The notes under the pieces were generated by a model. It was given only the letters and a program-made list of their open reading frames with translations, was not told the origin of the DNA and did not search any database. DNA of 64,000 nucleotides from Neophaeotheca triangularis (taxonomy: Eukaryota): contig BAAIJX010000016.1 of assembly GCA_054600435.1 (NCBI GenBank), forward strand, positions 62,001-126,000, written 5' to 3'. This document shows positions 22,232 to 37,462 of this stretch, one piece after another; position 1 is the first letter of the stretch, and each line of letters starts with the position of its first letter. Both the position numbers and the translations under genes were made by a program.

Positions 22232-23922
22232 CTATTTCTTCTCCTTGGGAGCAATCATCAGCTCCGGCCTGACGTACTTGTCGAAGTCCTCCTCGCTCAG
22301 CGCCTTGAGCTCCATGGCGCTCTCCTTCAGCGTCAAACCTTTCTTGTGCGCGTTCTTGGCCACTTTGCTCGCCATGTCGTAGCCAATGACGGGGTTGAGA
22401 CAGGTGACAAGCATGAGCGACTCCTTGAGCAGGGAGCCGATTCTGGCTTCGTCCGCCTCCATGCCTTCGACGAGGTTCTTGCGGAAGCTGTGCATGCCGT
22501 CCGTGAGGAGGCGAGAAGAATGAAGCAGGTTGTGGATCATGACAGGCTTGAAGACGTTGAGTTCAAAGTTACCCTGTGAGCCTGCGAAAGTTACCGCAGA
22601 CTGGTTTCCGAAGACCTGGCAGCAGAGCATCGTCATGCTCTCGCACTGGGTGGGGTTGACTTTGCCCGGCATGATACTGCTGCCGGGCTCGTTCTCGGGA
22701 AGCTTGAGCTCTGCGAGACCACAACGGGGACCGGAGCCGAGGAATCGAATGTCCTGGGCGATTTTGTAGAGCGAGGTTGCGACGGTGTTGAGCTGGCCGT
22801 GGGCTTCGACAATGGCGTCGTGGGCAGCCAAGGCCTCGAACTTGTTCGGTGCCGTCTGGAATTGGTGGCCAGTCATCTTGGAAACCTCGGTGGCGATGTC
22901 CTCGGCGAACCCCTTGAAAGTGTTCAACCCGGTGCCAACAGCAGTACCACCTTGTGCGAGCAGGCGCAGCCTGGGTAGAGCAGACTCGACACGCGAGATG
23001 CCGTATTCGAGCTGAGTGACGTAGCCAGAGAACTCCTGGCCAAGCGTAAGGGGAGTCGCATCTTGCAAGTGTGTCCGGCCAATCTTGATCAAGCGTTCGA
23101 ATTGCTGGCTCTTAGCTTGAAGAGCGTCCTTCAGAGCCTTCAAGCTTGGCAGAAGTTGCTCTTCAAACTCGAGTACGGCGGCGATGTGCATGACGGTCGG
23201 GAAAGTATCGTTCGACGAGGCGGACATGTTGACGTGGTCGTTGGGGTGGACAGGCTTCTTGGTGCCCATGGTACCCCCCAAAATCTCAATGGCTCGGTTG
23301 GAGATAACTTCGTTGGCGTTCATGTTCGACTGGGTGCCAGATCCGGTTTGCCATACAACCAGAGGGAAGTTGTCGACCAGTTTGAGGGATGCGACCTCTG
23401 AGGCGGCCTGTTGAATGGCCTGGCCGACTTTGGGGTCTGCGAGAAGCTGCGATCAGCACCTGATCATGCCACCGATCACGCATAGATGTCCTTACCAAGT
23501 CCAAACTTCATGTTGACAGTCGCAGCAGCGCCCTTCAAGATACCAAACGCCCTAACAATGGGAGGGGGCATGCGGTCCTGAGGTTGGTTGATCTTGAAGT
23601 TCTCCAACGATCGCTCCGTCTGGGCTCCCCAGTACTTGTCCCCAGGGACCTGGATCTCGCCGAATGCATCGCTCTCGGTTCTGGTGTGCGCGGCCATGGT
23701 GGATGTGGTTGTGAATGTTCGCGAGAAGTGGGAGGCCTTGAAGGAGGGAGAGGAGAACTTGTTGAGCGGTGTCGGCGATTGGAGAGGTCTAGAGGAGGAT
23801 GTCAAGGACCGACGTTGGAGTGCTACTGCGGGGACAGCTGCTGCTCCTGCTCGAGTGCTTGAAGCATGTGCTGCTCGGAGCTGCGAGGGAACAGCTGAGC
23901 GAGGTATCGCAGTTCGCAACAT
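22232..23922 (-). CDS. FUM1: Class II fumarate hydratase with mitochondrial presequence; exons 23922-23496, 23436-22232
   Basis: [15 protein letters not shown] signature, [19 protein letters not shown]; intron 23437-23495. Confidence 0.98.
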
Positions 23923-24369
23923 GATGGCCCGATGGAAGGTAGTAGTGATGCGCCCAGAGAAGGGGGAAATGGAGGGGTCGCGCAGTAGCTGCTATGGCTC
24001 GATTGCAGGACTATCACTCAACAGCAATATTATTAATGCCTAGGCAAGTTCAATAGTGTAAGTTTTGTTATTTAGTGGTGATGGACACTATCCTCGACCT
24101 CGAACCTTCTTCCAGGTAGTTCGTTCCTACTTTTTCCGCACATTGACCGAGGCTTTTCCCGATCGGCCATTGACTTTGCGACAGTAGTGCCTATTATGTA
24201 CAGCAGCTGCAGCAGCCTTGCGCGAAAAACCCCAACCTTACGTTGATGCTGTTATTGATTCAAGTGGTGTATCGCGTCGAAATTGGTGCTCGTAGCTTTT
24301 CCAATTTTTGAGTGTCCGATGCTCTACGTCTGAGACGACCGCGAGGTAACAATCAGATAAATAAGCGCA

Positions 24370-24405
24370 TCACGTGACACTTGACGCGTCCATGCGAAGA
24401 CGCGT
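24370..24405. promoter_or_regulatory. E-box TCACGTGAC and two MCB (ACGCGT) elements upstream of SMC5
   Basis: CACGTGAC at 24371-24378; ACGCGT at 24384-24389 and 24400-24405; about 100 nt before the SMC5 ATG. Confidence 0.6.
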
Positions 24406-24501
24406 TGACCTGGGCTTCACACTTCGTGCCTATTGCAGGCTTACCACCCTCCTACGCCTCTTGAACGGCGGGTTGCAAAACGTCTCTCACCACCAGCCAG
24501 C

Positions 24502-28100
<3,599 letters not shown>

Positions 28101-28434
28101 AGCATGGAAGCTTGATCGTCGGCAGCCTAAGGAGCTCGAGGGAAGTTGGGCATTGATACCCCGGTATATATGGGTTCGAAATCCACCAATTCTATTTCAC
28201 TTCTTCAAGATCCACGGCTGTCCTTTCTCGACCCTGACTGAGTATGAGAGTGTCCGCATTCTGGGACATGTGATTGCGCGTCTACTTCGCGTCTCCCCCG
28301 CGTTCGCAAATTGAATCCCGTCGAACTTGCGCGGGCCAAGCGAATACACTTCACTACCTTCGTACACCGCATGACCCTGACCCTGACCTTGACATGCTAA
28401 GTAACTCACCACTCGTCGCCTTTTACTACCCGTG

Positions 28435-31065
28435 ATGCCGCCGAAACACAATCTCAAGCGGAAGCGCGAGATCAATGCACAACCTGCACGAAAAGCATTG
28501 AGGAATGGGGAGCTCGATGTCGACAAATTCCTCAGCGCTCGCCAGTATGAGATACGGGCGTTGGAGCAGGGCATGGCACAGTCCAAAGCCATGCTCACCA
28601 AGCGCGCGTTTCAGCAAGTACCGAAGGACCTGAGGAGACGATCGGCCAGCCACAATGCGAAGCGTGTACCGAAGAGATTGCAGAGGACGGCCAGGAAGGA
28701 AATGGCCGATGACAATACACCGAGGAAAGGCAGAGTGGGCATGCTGGCTGGGATGAAGGGTCTGAAGGGGATTGGCAAGGGCAAGATAAGGCTAAGGCTG
28801 CAGAAGCTGCAGACGGCGAGGAAACTTAGGGAGCTGGGGAGGCAGAACAAAAGGACATTCGGTGCCGCGCCAAACATCAAGCAGGACGCCAATGCTGAAA
28901 CCACACCTGCGATTGCATCCACCGTAACGGCAGCTGTCACAGGCAGAAGGCCACGGGTGAAGAAAGCGACGCTGGCGACAGCACCAGCGGCTCAAGGAAA
29001 ACACCGTAAACGACAAGCCCACAAATCATGGCTTCCAACACACATATTTCATGCCAAACGCGCTCACATGACTGCACCATCTAATCCTCTCTGGCGCTTT
29101 GCTATTCCTACGACGCCCACTACGAAGGCTTATCGTCCAACCCACAGGTCGTTTAGTCAAAGGGGGGCTATAGCGTGGGATACGAGCTACATGAGTACAA
29201 TTAGTCTGGAGGGTCGAGAGCAGAGTCTGGAAGGTGTGTTGAAGGGATTTGAATTTGGTACGCAGAATGCCAATGGTGCTACGAGCTTATGTGGCTCGAA
29301 GCGTGAACGCTGGCGAGAGGGTAAACGGGGAGGGCAGGCATGGCTGTTCGAAAGAGATAGGCCGATGGTAGCCATTGCTCCTGCGACGGTGTTTTGGAAC
29401 CCTGCCGCTACCGAGCCTGAGTTGGAATCGAACCCGGACCAAAATCACCAACCTGCCGACTCGAAGCTTCGACAAAGGAAGCTCTTCATCCGCGTTCACC
29501 CCTCTGCATTTCACCAGGTCTGGGAAGAGGTCGTGCGACTGGCCAAAATCGCGAAACCATCGGTTAGCGTTGAAGACTTACGTTACGAGATTGGTAGCAT
29601 TGAAGTCACAGGCCCCGCTTCCACCGAAGCACTTTTGGGTGCGCTGTCGCCGACGCTTTCAGCGGCGGCCATCGAGGAGAGAAAAGAGGTGAATGGCGGA
29701 GGCTTGTTCAAGTCTTTGGCTGGTCTATCTGATCCTGCCATGTTGCCGGCGAACGCAGTACTTGGTTTCAATGTTCGAGACTCACGACTTCATCACCCAC
29801 CACGTACTGTCGAGCTGGACCAGAGCCTTGAGACGCAACACAAATTGTTGAAGACGCTCAGTGCGTGGCCAATGGACAAGACGATCGAACCGATGCAGTT
29901 GTTTGAGCGTAAAGCAAGAACATCTACATCGTTGTCTCTACCCAGCCAGAAAGCTGTTAATCGACGAAGAGCACTAGCAAAGCCCGGCGAATACCCTGAA
30001 GCGCATACTGGAGACCCAAGCATACCCATCATACTCCACGCGAGCAGTGTTTGTGTAGCAGGATCAAACGACGGCCCCCGACAAGGGTCGTGGACTTTAC
30101 TCATGCCCTGGAAATGTTTACAACCGGTGTGGTACGGGATACAATACTACCCACTCTCTACAGGCGGGCAGCCTCGCTTCGGGGGTATCCGCGAAACTCA
30201 ACAGATGCACTTTGAGCGTGGCATTCCTTGGTTCCCAGGTGACTTTCCAGGTACGAAAGGAGGCTGGGAATGGGAGCTTAGGGAACGTGAGCGACGAAAG
30301 GATGAATGGTCTCGCAGACCGAAGGGCAAACGTACCAATTGGGAGGCTGTGGATCTTGGCAAGGATCGGAAGGGTGAGATCGGACTCGGATGGGCCTGTG
30401 ACTGGGAACGCCTCTTCAACAGGCCTGAGGCGGATATCAGCAATGCTGGCGTGAGCTTGGAAGAGAAGACGAATGCTGCTTCGAAAAGCGACGCGCCGCT
30501 GTCTTCTGCGCAGCTGCCGTTCGTCCACGTCCCGGCCTCGCAAGCTGTGGGCCTAGTCAAGCCACTGGCAGAGATTGCAAAATCTGCTATCGATCCCTCC
30601 AAAGCATTGACGACTGTCCACTTCACCCTTGTGGGTCGGGGAACCCCAAGACCCTGCGCCCGCGTGTATCGACTCCCATCAAATTCGGTCGATCCAGCAC
30701 TTCGCAAAGCCTGGCTGGCCCTATGCAAACCTCATCAGAAATCCCCCGGAGCGAAGCACTCCCTTCCCAAGCCTTCAAAAGACGCCCCACCGCACATGAG
30801 GCAGCGACACCTCGCAGCCTCCCTGCTCGAACCCGCGCGCGCTGGGGGGGATGAGTACCCCGTGTGCCCAGGGGAGGAGGATTTGATCGGTTTCGTCACG
30901 ACGGGTAACTACGATCTCGGAGCTGGCAAGGGGACGGCTATAGGGAACGTGGTAGTCGGGAAGGTTAGAGAGGGTCTTGTGGCCACCGATCCGGAGATGC
31001 GCTTGTGTGTAGTGCGAAATGCTGGTGAGGGGCTGGCTAGGCTAGCAACGTGGACGCCGTGCTAG
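28435..31065 (+). CDS. POP1: RNase P/MRP subunit Pop1
   Basis: AFQQVPKDLRRRSASHN, WLPTHIFHAKRAHM, POPLD region WFPGDFPGT, DLIGFVTTGNYDL. Confidence 0.95.
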   Translation: MPPKHNLKRKREINAQPARKALRNGELDVDKFLSARQYEIRALEQGMAQSKAMLTKRAFQQVPKDLRRRSASHNAKRVPKRLQRTARKEMADDNTPRKGRVGMLAGMKGLKGIGKGKIRLRLQKLQTARKLRELGRQNKRTFGAAPNIKQDANAETTPAIASTVTAAVTGRRPRVKKATLATAPAAQGKHRKRQAHKSWLPTHIFHAKRAHMTAPSNPLWRFAIPTTPTTKAYRPTHRSFSQRGAIAWDTSYMSTISLEGREQSLEGVLKGFEFGTQNANGATSLCGSKRERWREGKRGGQAWLFERDRPMVAIAPATVFWNPAATEPELESNPDQNHQPADSKLRQRKLFIRVHPSAFHQVWEEVVRLAKIAKPSVSVEDLRYEIGSIEVTGPASTEALLGALSPTLSAAAIEERKEVNGGGLFKSLAGLSDPAMLPANAVLGFNVRDSRLHHPPRTVELDQSLETQHKLLKTLSAWPMDKTIEPMQLFERKARTSTSLSLPSQKAVNRRRALAKPGEYPEAHTGDPSIPIILHASSVCVAGSNDGPRQGSWTLLMPWKCLQPVWYGIQYYPLSTGGQPRFGGIRETQQMHFERGIPWFPGDFPGTKGGWEWELRERERRKDEWSRRPKGKRTNWEAVDLGKDRKGEIGLGWACDWERLFNRPEADISNAGVSLEEKTNAASKSDAPLSSAQLPFVHVPASQAVGLVKPLAEIAKSAIDPSKALTTVHFTLVGRGTPRPCARVYRLPSNSVDPALRKAWLALCKPHQKSPGAKHSLPKPSKDAPPHMRQRHLAASLLEPARAGGDEYPVCPGEEDLIGFVTTGNYDLGAGKGTAIGNVVVGKVREGLVATDPEMRLCVVRNAGEGLARLATWTPC

Positions 31066-32025
31066 ATAGATGGGCGACGCTCTTTCAAACGGCCATATGG
31101 ACGATGTGCTTTCCCAGCTCCCACCCATTGCAGTGTCGTACTACCGACAAAGCTTACGACGTCTAATAGAAGTAGAGAGGATAGTATGCCTCTCGGATAC
31201 CTACGATAAGTATGGAGTATTACAAGTTTGATAATGCATCGCTCCCCCAGTACAGTCGGGTACTTGGAACACCCTAGAAAGCAGAAGGCATGTTGATTGG
31301 AGATGTCGGCGAAGATCTTGATGCCAGCTCTGACATGCAAGCCTTGGTGCACAGGAAGACAGACAGGTCACCTGGGCGCTTTCGATTCTTTTCATTCTCG
31401 GCCATACGAACCTTTTACCTGCAGAGAGCGTCGTTTGATGTGATGTGAAAGCTACCGACTTTTTAAACTCTGCCTAACCTACATACCTACCCCTTTGCCC
31501 GGGCAGAACCCATGGGATGGGAAACTTTTGGAACTAAAACTTTATCTGGAACCTACCGCATCTTGCCAGCAAGGCGAATATATCTATGAAGTAAAAGCGT
31601 TAGCAAGTATCTAGGTTGGTCTGGAAAGAATGACGCCTCGTCGATGAAAGGAACGATGGGTGGATTCGGTGATGAGAGGCGGGGAGAAGCTCGGATTGAG
31701 TCAAGCGTGTGTAGTGTGTAGTGGTGTGTACAGTACCTTGTGATTACATACACACACATGTGCAAAAATGCCAAGACCCACGAGGCGACGAGTACGACGA
31801 CGACATGGTGCGTGTGGCATGTGCGGAATCGATCTGTTCCGTACCGTACCTTACCTTAGCTGCCTGTTGGCGATGAGATTGAGATTGAGATTTGGCTGTG
31901 GGGACGTGAGGTCCCTTCAAGATCGCTTCGCCTCCCGTCGCATCGGGAAAAAGATCGAGAGCCACCGATGACGCGGACGATTTCAGGCGGAGAAGAAACA
32001 GCCGACCCGATGTGTCGGATAATAT

Positions 32026-32064
<39 letters not shown>
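32026..32064. repeat. (CTA)13 microsatellite
   Basis: Perfect CTA tandem run in the POP1-cryptochrome intergenic region. Confidence 0.95.
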
Positions 32065-32645
32065 TATGCGAACGCCCAGGAAATGCTCCGACGCATTACC
32101 TTGTGGCGTGGCTGCTAGCTACCTAGCTGACTATCCAAGGTAGGGTAGGTATCTGTCTGTGTGCGAATGTACCCAACGACAGAAGTAGCTTGTGATAAAA
32201 CACCTCGATCTCTGCGAAACAAGCTCAACTTAGCCTACCTAGGTACCTAGTAGGAAGGTTTCTTCCTTTTGAGATGGTCATGCAGCTGATCCATCTCCGC
32301 CCTACCTAAACCAAACCAAACAGTGGTCCCGTTTTGTCTTCATCACCACCTGCGGGAACATTAATCATTATCAATACTTCTTGCGGCGCACGATTCGGTG
32401 CGGCGGCGGGCCGCGCACTAAATTCCCATGGACCAACATCGTTCGCTCGTATCGTCGCCGTCACCGATCTGATCTATCTGCTGACACCCTTGCGGCAAAT
32501 TGTCAAAGCTCCGTCGACTGATTCCCATGCCATAACCCTACCTTCGTGCGCCTCGCATATTGAATGTGCCACACAAATTCTTTTACTATCAACTCACCAG
32601 CTCTTTACCGAGAGCGACCAGAAACGACCCCTTCACCCTTTCATA

Positions 32646-34699
32646 ATGTCCTCCCCAGCGCGTGTTCTTGTCTACCTGCTTCGACGCGATCTACGCTTAG
32701 CAGACAATCCCATCTTCCACGAAATCGCAAGGCTCAACAAGCAATCGCAAAAACCATTTACGCATTTACTGCCCGTCTACTGTTTCCCGGCGCAACAGGT
32801 CGAGGTTTCGGGCTTCCTCTCTTCGGACGAGCAACGATCGCCTTATCCCGAGGCACGCAGCAGTGTAGGAGGTTTTTGGAGATGTGGCCGATTGCGCGCC
32901 AAGTTCCTGGCAGAAAGCGCGTGGGACCTGAAGAAAGATCTCGAGAGCATAGGCAGTGGGTTGGAGATCCGCGTTGGCATGCTGCATGACACTGTCAAGG
33001 CCATTTGCGATGCTTACCGCGACAGAGATGACATGGAGCTTCATGGCCTGTGGATGACGGAAGAGGAGGGATGGGAAGAGAAGCAGGAAGAGGAGAAGAT
33101 ACGGCGAATCATGGTTCAAGAAGACAAAGAGTTCAAGCTTTGGACCGACGAGAAGTATCTGATTGACGAGTAAGTGTTTCCATGAATTCAGAGCGGAAAA
33201 TTCGGGAGGGAACTGACTCTCCCCAGTCGAGACTTGCCTTTTGATGATCCGCGAGAACTACCAGATGTTTTCACATCCTTCCGCAAGAACGTCGAGCCTC
33301 TCCGGGCGGCGCCTCGCAAAGAACTACCCCAACCAGAAAGCCTCCCTTCACTGCCGAAAGATCTACCCCCCCAACAAGCACCATTCAGTATACCGGATAC
33401 TCAGAATGGTGTAATCGACGCACTGCTCAAACCTTTACCGAAAGACCTAGAGATGGCGAATATGCCAGAGTTTCCTTCCGGGGTCGAATCGGCTCACCCT
33501 TTCTTAGGTGGTTCGAAAAGCGGTTTGCAGCGAGTGCGGCACTTGTTGGAGACTGGCGCCATGACACGGTATAAAGACACGAGGAACGGCCTGCTTGGGC
33601 TGGATTTCAGCACCAAGTTGTCCGCCTGGCTAGCTCTCGGCTGCATTTCCGCGCGGCAGGTCCACTGGAGAATGATGGATTTTGAGAATGGCAAGACGGA
33701 TGTCGGAAAAGGTGCCCAAGGTTACGGCGAGGGTGAAACCAAGGGAACGTCGGGCGTTAGGTTCGAGCTCCTCTGGCGCGACTACATGCGGCTGTGCACC
33801 AAGAAATTTGGGATACGATTATTCATGCTTGATGGATTCAAGAAGGACAAGGATGCGCAGTTCAAGTTCATCAGCAGTCCATTCTGCAAGTCCACGGATA
33901 AGAAGAATAAGAAAGGAGCTAACGACGACGATACCAAAGCTGCGATAGAGCGTTTCGTTGCGGGCCGAACGGGGACTGGATTGATCGATGCGTCTCAGCG
34001 AGAATTGTTCCTGACCGGATATACGTCCAACCGAGCAAGGCAGAATGTGGCGTCATACCTCTCGAAACATCTTGGCATCGACTGGCGCATAGGTGCCGAG
34101 TGGTACGAGACCAATTTGATCGATTACGATGTTAGTTCGAATTGGGGGAACTGGGAGGTAAGAGAGCGAAGGGTAAGATGAATTCTGCAAAGCAAAATCG
34201 CTAACAGTTCGCGCAGTATGTCGCAGGTGTCGGCAACGACCCAAGAGGCGAGGCCCGAGTCTTCAATCCGGTCAAACAGGCATTCGACTACGATCAAAAT
34301 GGGGATTATGTTCGAGCGTGGGTACCAGAACTACGCGGAGTAGGCGTCAAGGGTGAAGACAAGGGTTCGCAGGAGAATGTTGCCAAAGAGGATCTTCAAG
34401 GGCTGTTCCAGGCATGGCAACTAGCCGACGAGGAGAAGAAACGGCTGGGATTGGAAGGTGTGGACTTTGTCGAGCGGCCGCTGGTGAAGATACAGTTTAA
34501 TGTCAACCGAAGAGGTGGAGGCGCCAAGCGTGGAGGAAGTGGAGGAGGAGGAGGAGGAGGTGGTGGTGGTGGTGGCGGGAGAGGCGGCGGTAACGCTAGT
34601 GGTGGCGGAGGTCGTGGCAAGGGGCGAGGTGATCGTGGTAGAGGTAAAGGGCGCAATGCCCGAACAGGACAGATGGAAAAGGCGGGCTGGATGTCGTAG
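32646..34699 (+). CDS. cry: Cryptochrome DASH with Gly/Arg-rich tail; exons 32646-33169, 33227-34157, 34217-34699
   Basis: RRDLRLADNP, YKDTRNGLLGLDFSTKLSAWLALGC, FELLWRDY, TGYTSNRARQNVAS, DYDVSSNWGNW|YVAGVGNDPR. Confidence 0.95.
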
Positions 34700-35137
34700 G
34701 GGTTCATACTCATTCTACCTATACCTACTAAAGCGAGGTAACGTCAAGCGCGCGTCACGTTCATCAGCCAAAATCCAAGGTCGGGCTGACCCGCGTTTCC
34801 ACGTAGAACGGAGGTTATGGCGAAATCACGAGAAATTTGTTGGAATAATAATGCGACTAGACTGGACAGTAGTAGCAACTCAGCCAGTCGCTATTATTGC
34901 TTATTGGATTGAATGATTGATTTCAGTCCGTGGCGAGTAAGCACCTCGGTGGCGTACCTACTGGGGATTGTCGTCATCGATGTCGTTGTTTGCCGTCGCT
35001 CCCACCACGACAGGCGGGACGGCTCAGGCTGACAATTGCTTGCGTATGCTGCCTTCTCCTTCTCTACATAAACAGAGGAGAGGTATCCTCACACTTTCCT
35101 CTCCCACTCAACCTTCCCTCTTAGCACCACCACCACC

Positions 35138-36571
35138 ATGAAGCTTCTCCAAGTTTTGCCGTTCGCCGCTCTCACCACGGCCTTTGTCCTCCCGAGCGAG
35201 GAGGTGCTCCAGGACATCGCCATCGAATCCAACCACCGCGGCAACTCGTGGACCGATCAGGTTGCCTCCACCAAGGACTCCGTTCTGCAAGAATTCAAAG
35301 ACCAGCTTGAAGAGGTCAGCGAGACTTACAAAGACGCTTGGGAGCAGGTTCAGAAGAAGAGCAAGAACGCCGTCGATGCAGCAATCGAGCAAGGCAGTGA
35401 TGCCCTGGACAGTGTTAACAGCAAAGTCCACGAGACTGCTTTCGATGCTCAGTCATGGCTCGATTCGTCCGCTGACGAGGTCTACGAGTACATCGAGGAG
35501 GCTGGTCACGGCCATGGAGGCCACCACGGGCACCATGACCACAAGCCCAACATGACTGTCTATCAGTTGATCAGCGAGAGCAAGTACACGACCAAGCTCG
35601 CGAAGCTGATCAACAAGTACGACGACCTGGTCGAGACCTTGAACGGCACCCAAGCCAACTACACCGTCTTTGCTCCCACGGACAAGGCGTTCGCCAAGAT
35701 CCCCGAGCACGCCCCGGAGCCCAGTAGGGAGCAGCTGAAGAAGCTCTTGGAATACCACGTCTCCCCTGACTTCTACCCCGCTGGCCGCGTTCTGGCTACG
35801 CACACCGTACCGACCCTGCTCAAGGTCGACTCTCTTGGTGCTGAGCCCAGACCCCAGCGACTCAGCTTCAACATTGGGCTTCGCGGCCTGACTGTCAACT
35901 TCTACTCTCGCATCGTGGCCGTCAACATCTTCGGTACCAACGGTGTCATCCATGGTGTCGACAGCATCATTCTGCCTCCACCCAACGTCATCAAGATCAT
36001 CGATCTACTGCCCAGCGAGTTCTCGACCTTGGAGCTTGGTCTCGGAAAAACCGGCCTTCTCGAGCAACTCAACAGCACCGACCACCACGGCGGAACCTTC
36101 TTCGCACCCTCCAACTTCGCCTTCACGAAGCTTGGACCCAAGATCAACGCTTTCCTCTTCTCCAGCTACGGCCAGAAGTACCTGAAGGCTCTGCTCCAGT
36201 ACCACGTTGTGCCAGACAACACTCTTTACAGCGACGCCTACTACAATGCGGATCGCGCCGAGCAAGAGGGCGTTCCCAAGGGCTACTTCCACGTCGACCT
36301 ACCGACGATGCTAGAGGACCGCAGCCTCTCCATCAACATCGCTCGGTACGGCGGCTTGATCGAGATGAAGATCAACGCCTTCTCTCGTGTGACCGCGCAA
36401 GACGGCATTGCCGAGGATGGGGTAATCCAGGTCGTCTCCGATGTCCTGGTGCCGCCGAAGAAGGTTGGCGGGCCAGGCTCCACCGAGGTCGAGCACTGGG
36501 ATGGTAGTGAGATGTCCGTCGAGGACTTCACCGAGCGTCTCGAGCCTTATGTTGTGAGGTCTGACCTTTAA
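35138..36571 (+). CDS. Secreted protein with two fasciclin (FAS1) domains
   Basis: Signal peptide MKLLQVLPFAALTTA; YTVFAPTDKAF...NGVIHGVDSII and TFFAPSNFAF...DGVIQVVSDVL. Confidence 0.92.
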   Translation: MKLLQVLPFAALTTAFVLPSEEVLQDIAIESNHRGNSWTDQVASTKDSVLQEFKDQLEEVSETYKDAWEQVQKKSKNAVDAAIEQGSDALDSVNSKVHETAFDAQSWLDSSADEVYEYIEEAGHGHGGHHGHHDHKPNMTVYQLISESKYTTKLAKLINKYDDLVETLNGTQANYTVFAPTDKAFAKIPEHAPEPSREQLKKLLEYHVSPDFYPAGRVLATHTVPTLLKVDSLGAEPRPQRLSFNIGLRGLTVNFYSRIVAVNIFGTNGVIHGVDSIILPPPNVIKIIDLLPSEFSTLELGLGKTGLLEQLNSTDHHGGTFFAPSNFAFTKLGPKINAFLFSSYGQKYLKALLQYHVVPDNTLYSDAYYNADRAEQEGVPKGYFHVDLPTMLEDRSLSINIARYGGLIEMKINAFSRVTAQDGIAEDGVIQVVSDVLVPPKKVGGPGSTEVEHWDGSEMSVEDFTERLEPYVVRSDL

Positions 36572-36962
36572 GCGACCGTAGTAGCGTTGAAGTGAGGATA
36601 CTGGAATTGTACGTTACGAACGTTTGTCTTACGAGTAATGAGTAGCAAGTCCAGGAGCTTGGAATCAATTTGTAATTACCGCGCTCTGCAGACCATCATG
36701 AAGTTTCCTCTGTCGTAGTGCTCAAGACTTTTTAATTAACGTATTGTTGCTACGTTAGACTTTTCACATCTATTGCACGAGTCCGGTTCTCGCTCGTGTC
36801 AAGCCTTGTTCGAAAGATAAGGTACCTGCAATCTGTTGTTGGTGGTATCAACGCCCGAGATTCCGGGGGTAGGGGTGCGTATCATTCGAAACCAAGTTCT
36901 ATAGACCGAACCGACGGCCGAGAGATTGAAGAATCGTCAAAACATATAAACATTAGAATATT

Positions 36963-37458
36963 CTACGCAGCATCCTCCCTCATGACCTGGTTCAAGCCAT
37001 GCCGCTTGACGCAGTTCTCGAAGCGGAAACTCGCAGCCAGCTCGTCGAGTTCCCCCTTGGGTCTTGCCTCTGAAAAGCTCCGCGAACTCCAAATTCAAGA
37101 GATCCGAGAGGAAGCCCTCGCGCACCAAGCGCTCAATGTGGCGGCGGTCGAAAGACCAGGTGCGCGGGTACGTCGAGTTGCGGATGTGCTCGGGTACCAT
37201 GGCGCGCAGGTCGTCGATGAAGGGTTCGTAGGTGCCGGCGAGGCCGGTTTCGTCCACGACGTCCCAAAAGTCGAGGCCGAGGTGCTGCTTCTTGGCCACA
37301 AACGGCGCCATCAGCTTCGTGTACGGCGAGTCCGGCGAGTCGTGGACCATGCCCTGGTAGCCGATGTCCTTGTACTGTCAGATGGCCCACGAGGTCTGTG
37401 TTTCGGCGTTGATGGAGAGCTGGTGTCGGAGGACGCCGAGACGGGTCTCGTTGGTCGC
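36963..37458 (-). pseudogene. C-terminal remnant of a glycoside hydrolase family 5 (GH5_22-like) gene
   Basis: Reads ATNETRLGVLRHQLSINAETQTSWAI*QYKDIGYQGMV...LGLDFW...FAELFRGKT, then a +1 frameshift into KGELDELAASFRFENCVKRHGLNQVMREDAA*. TGA replaces a conserved Trp; the N-terminus is missing. Confidence 0.75.
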
Positions 37459-37462
37459 TCGA

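Noticed and set aside
28160..28195. GGTTCGAAATCC resembling a tRNA T-arm
   Set aside because: No cloverleaf, A-box or acceptor stem; lies in the SMC5 3' region.
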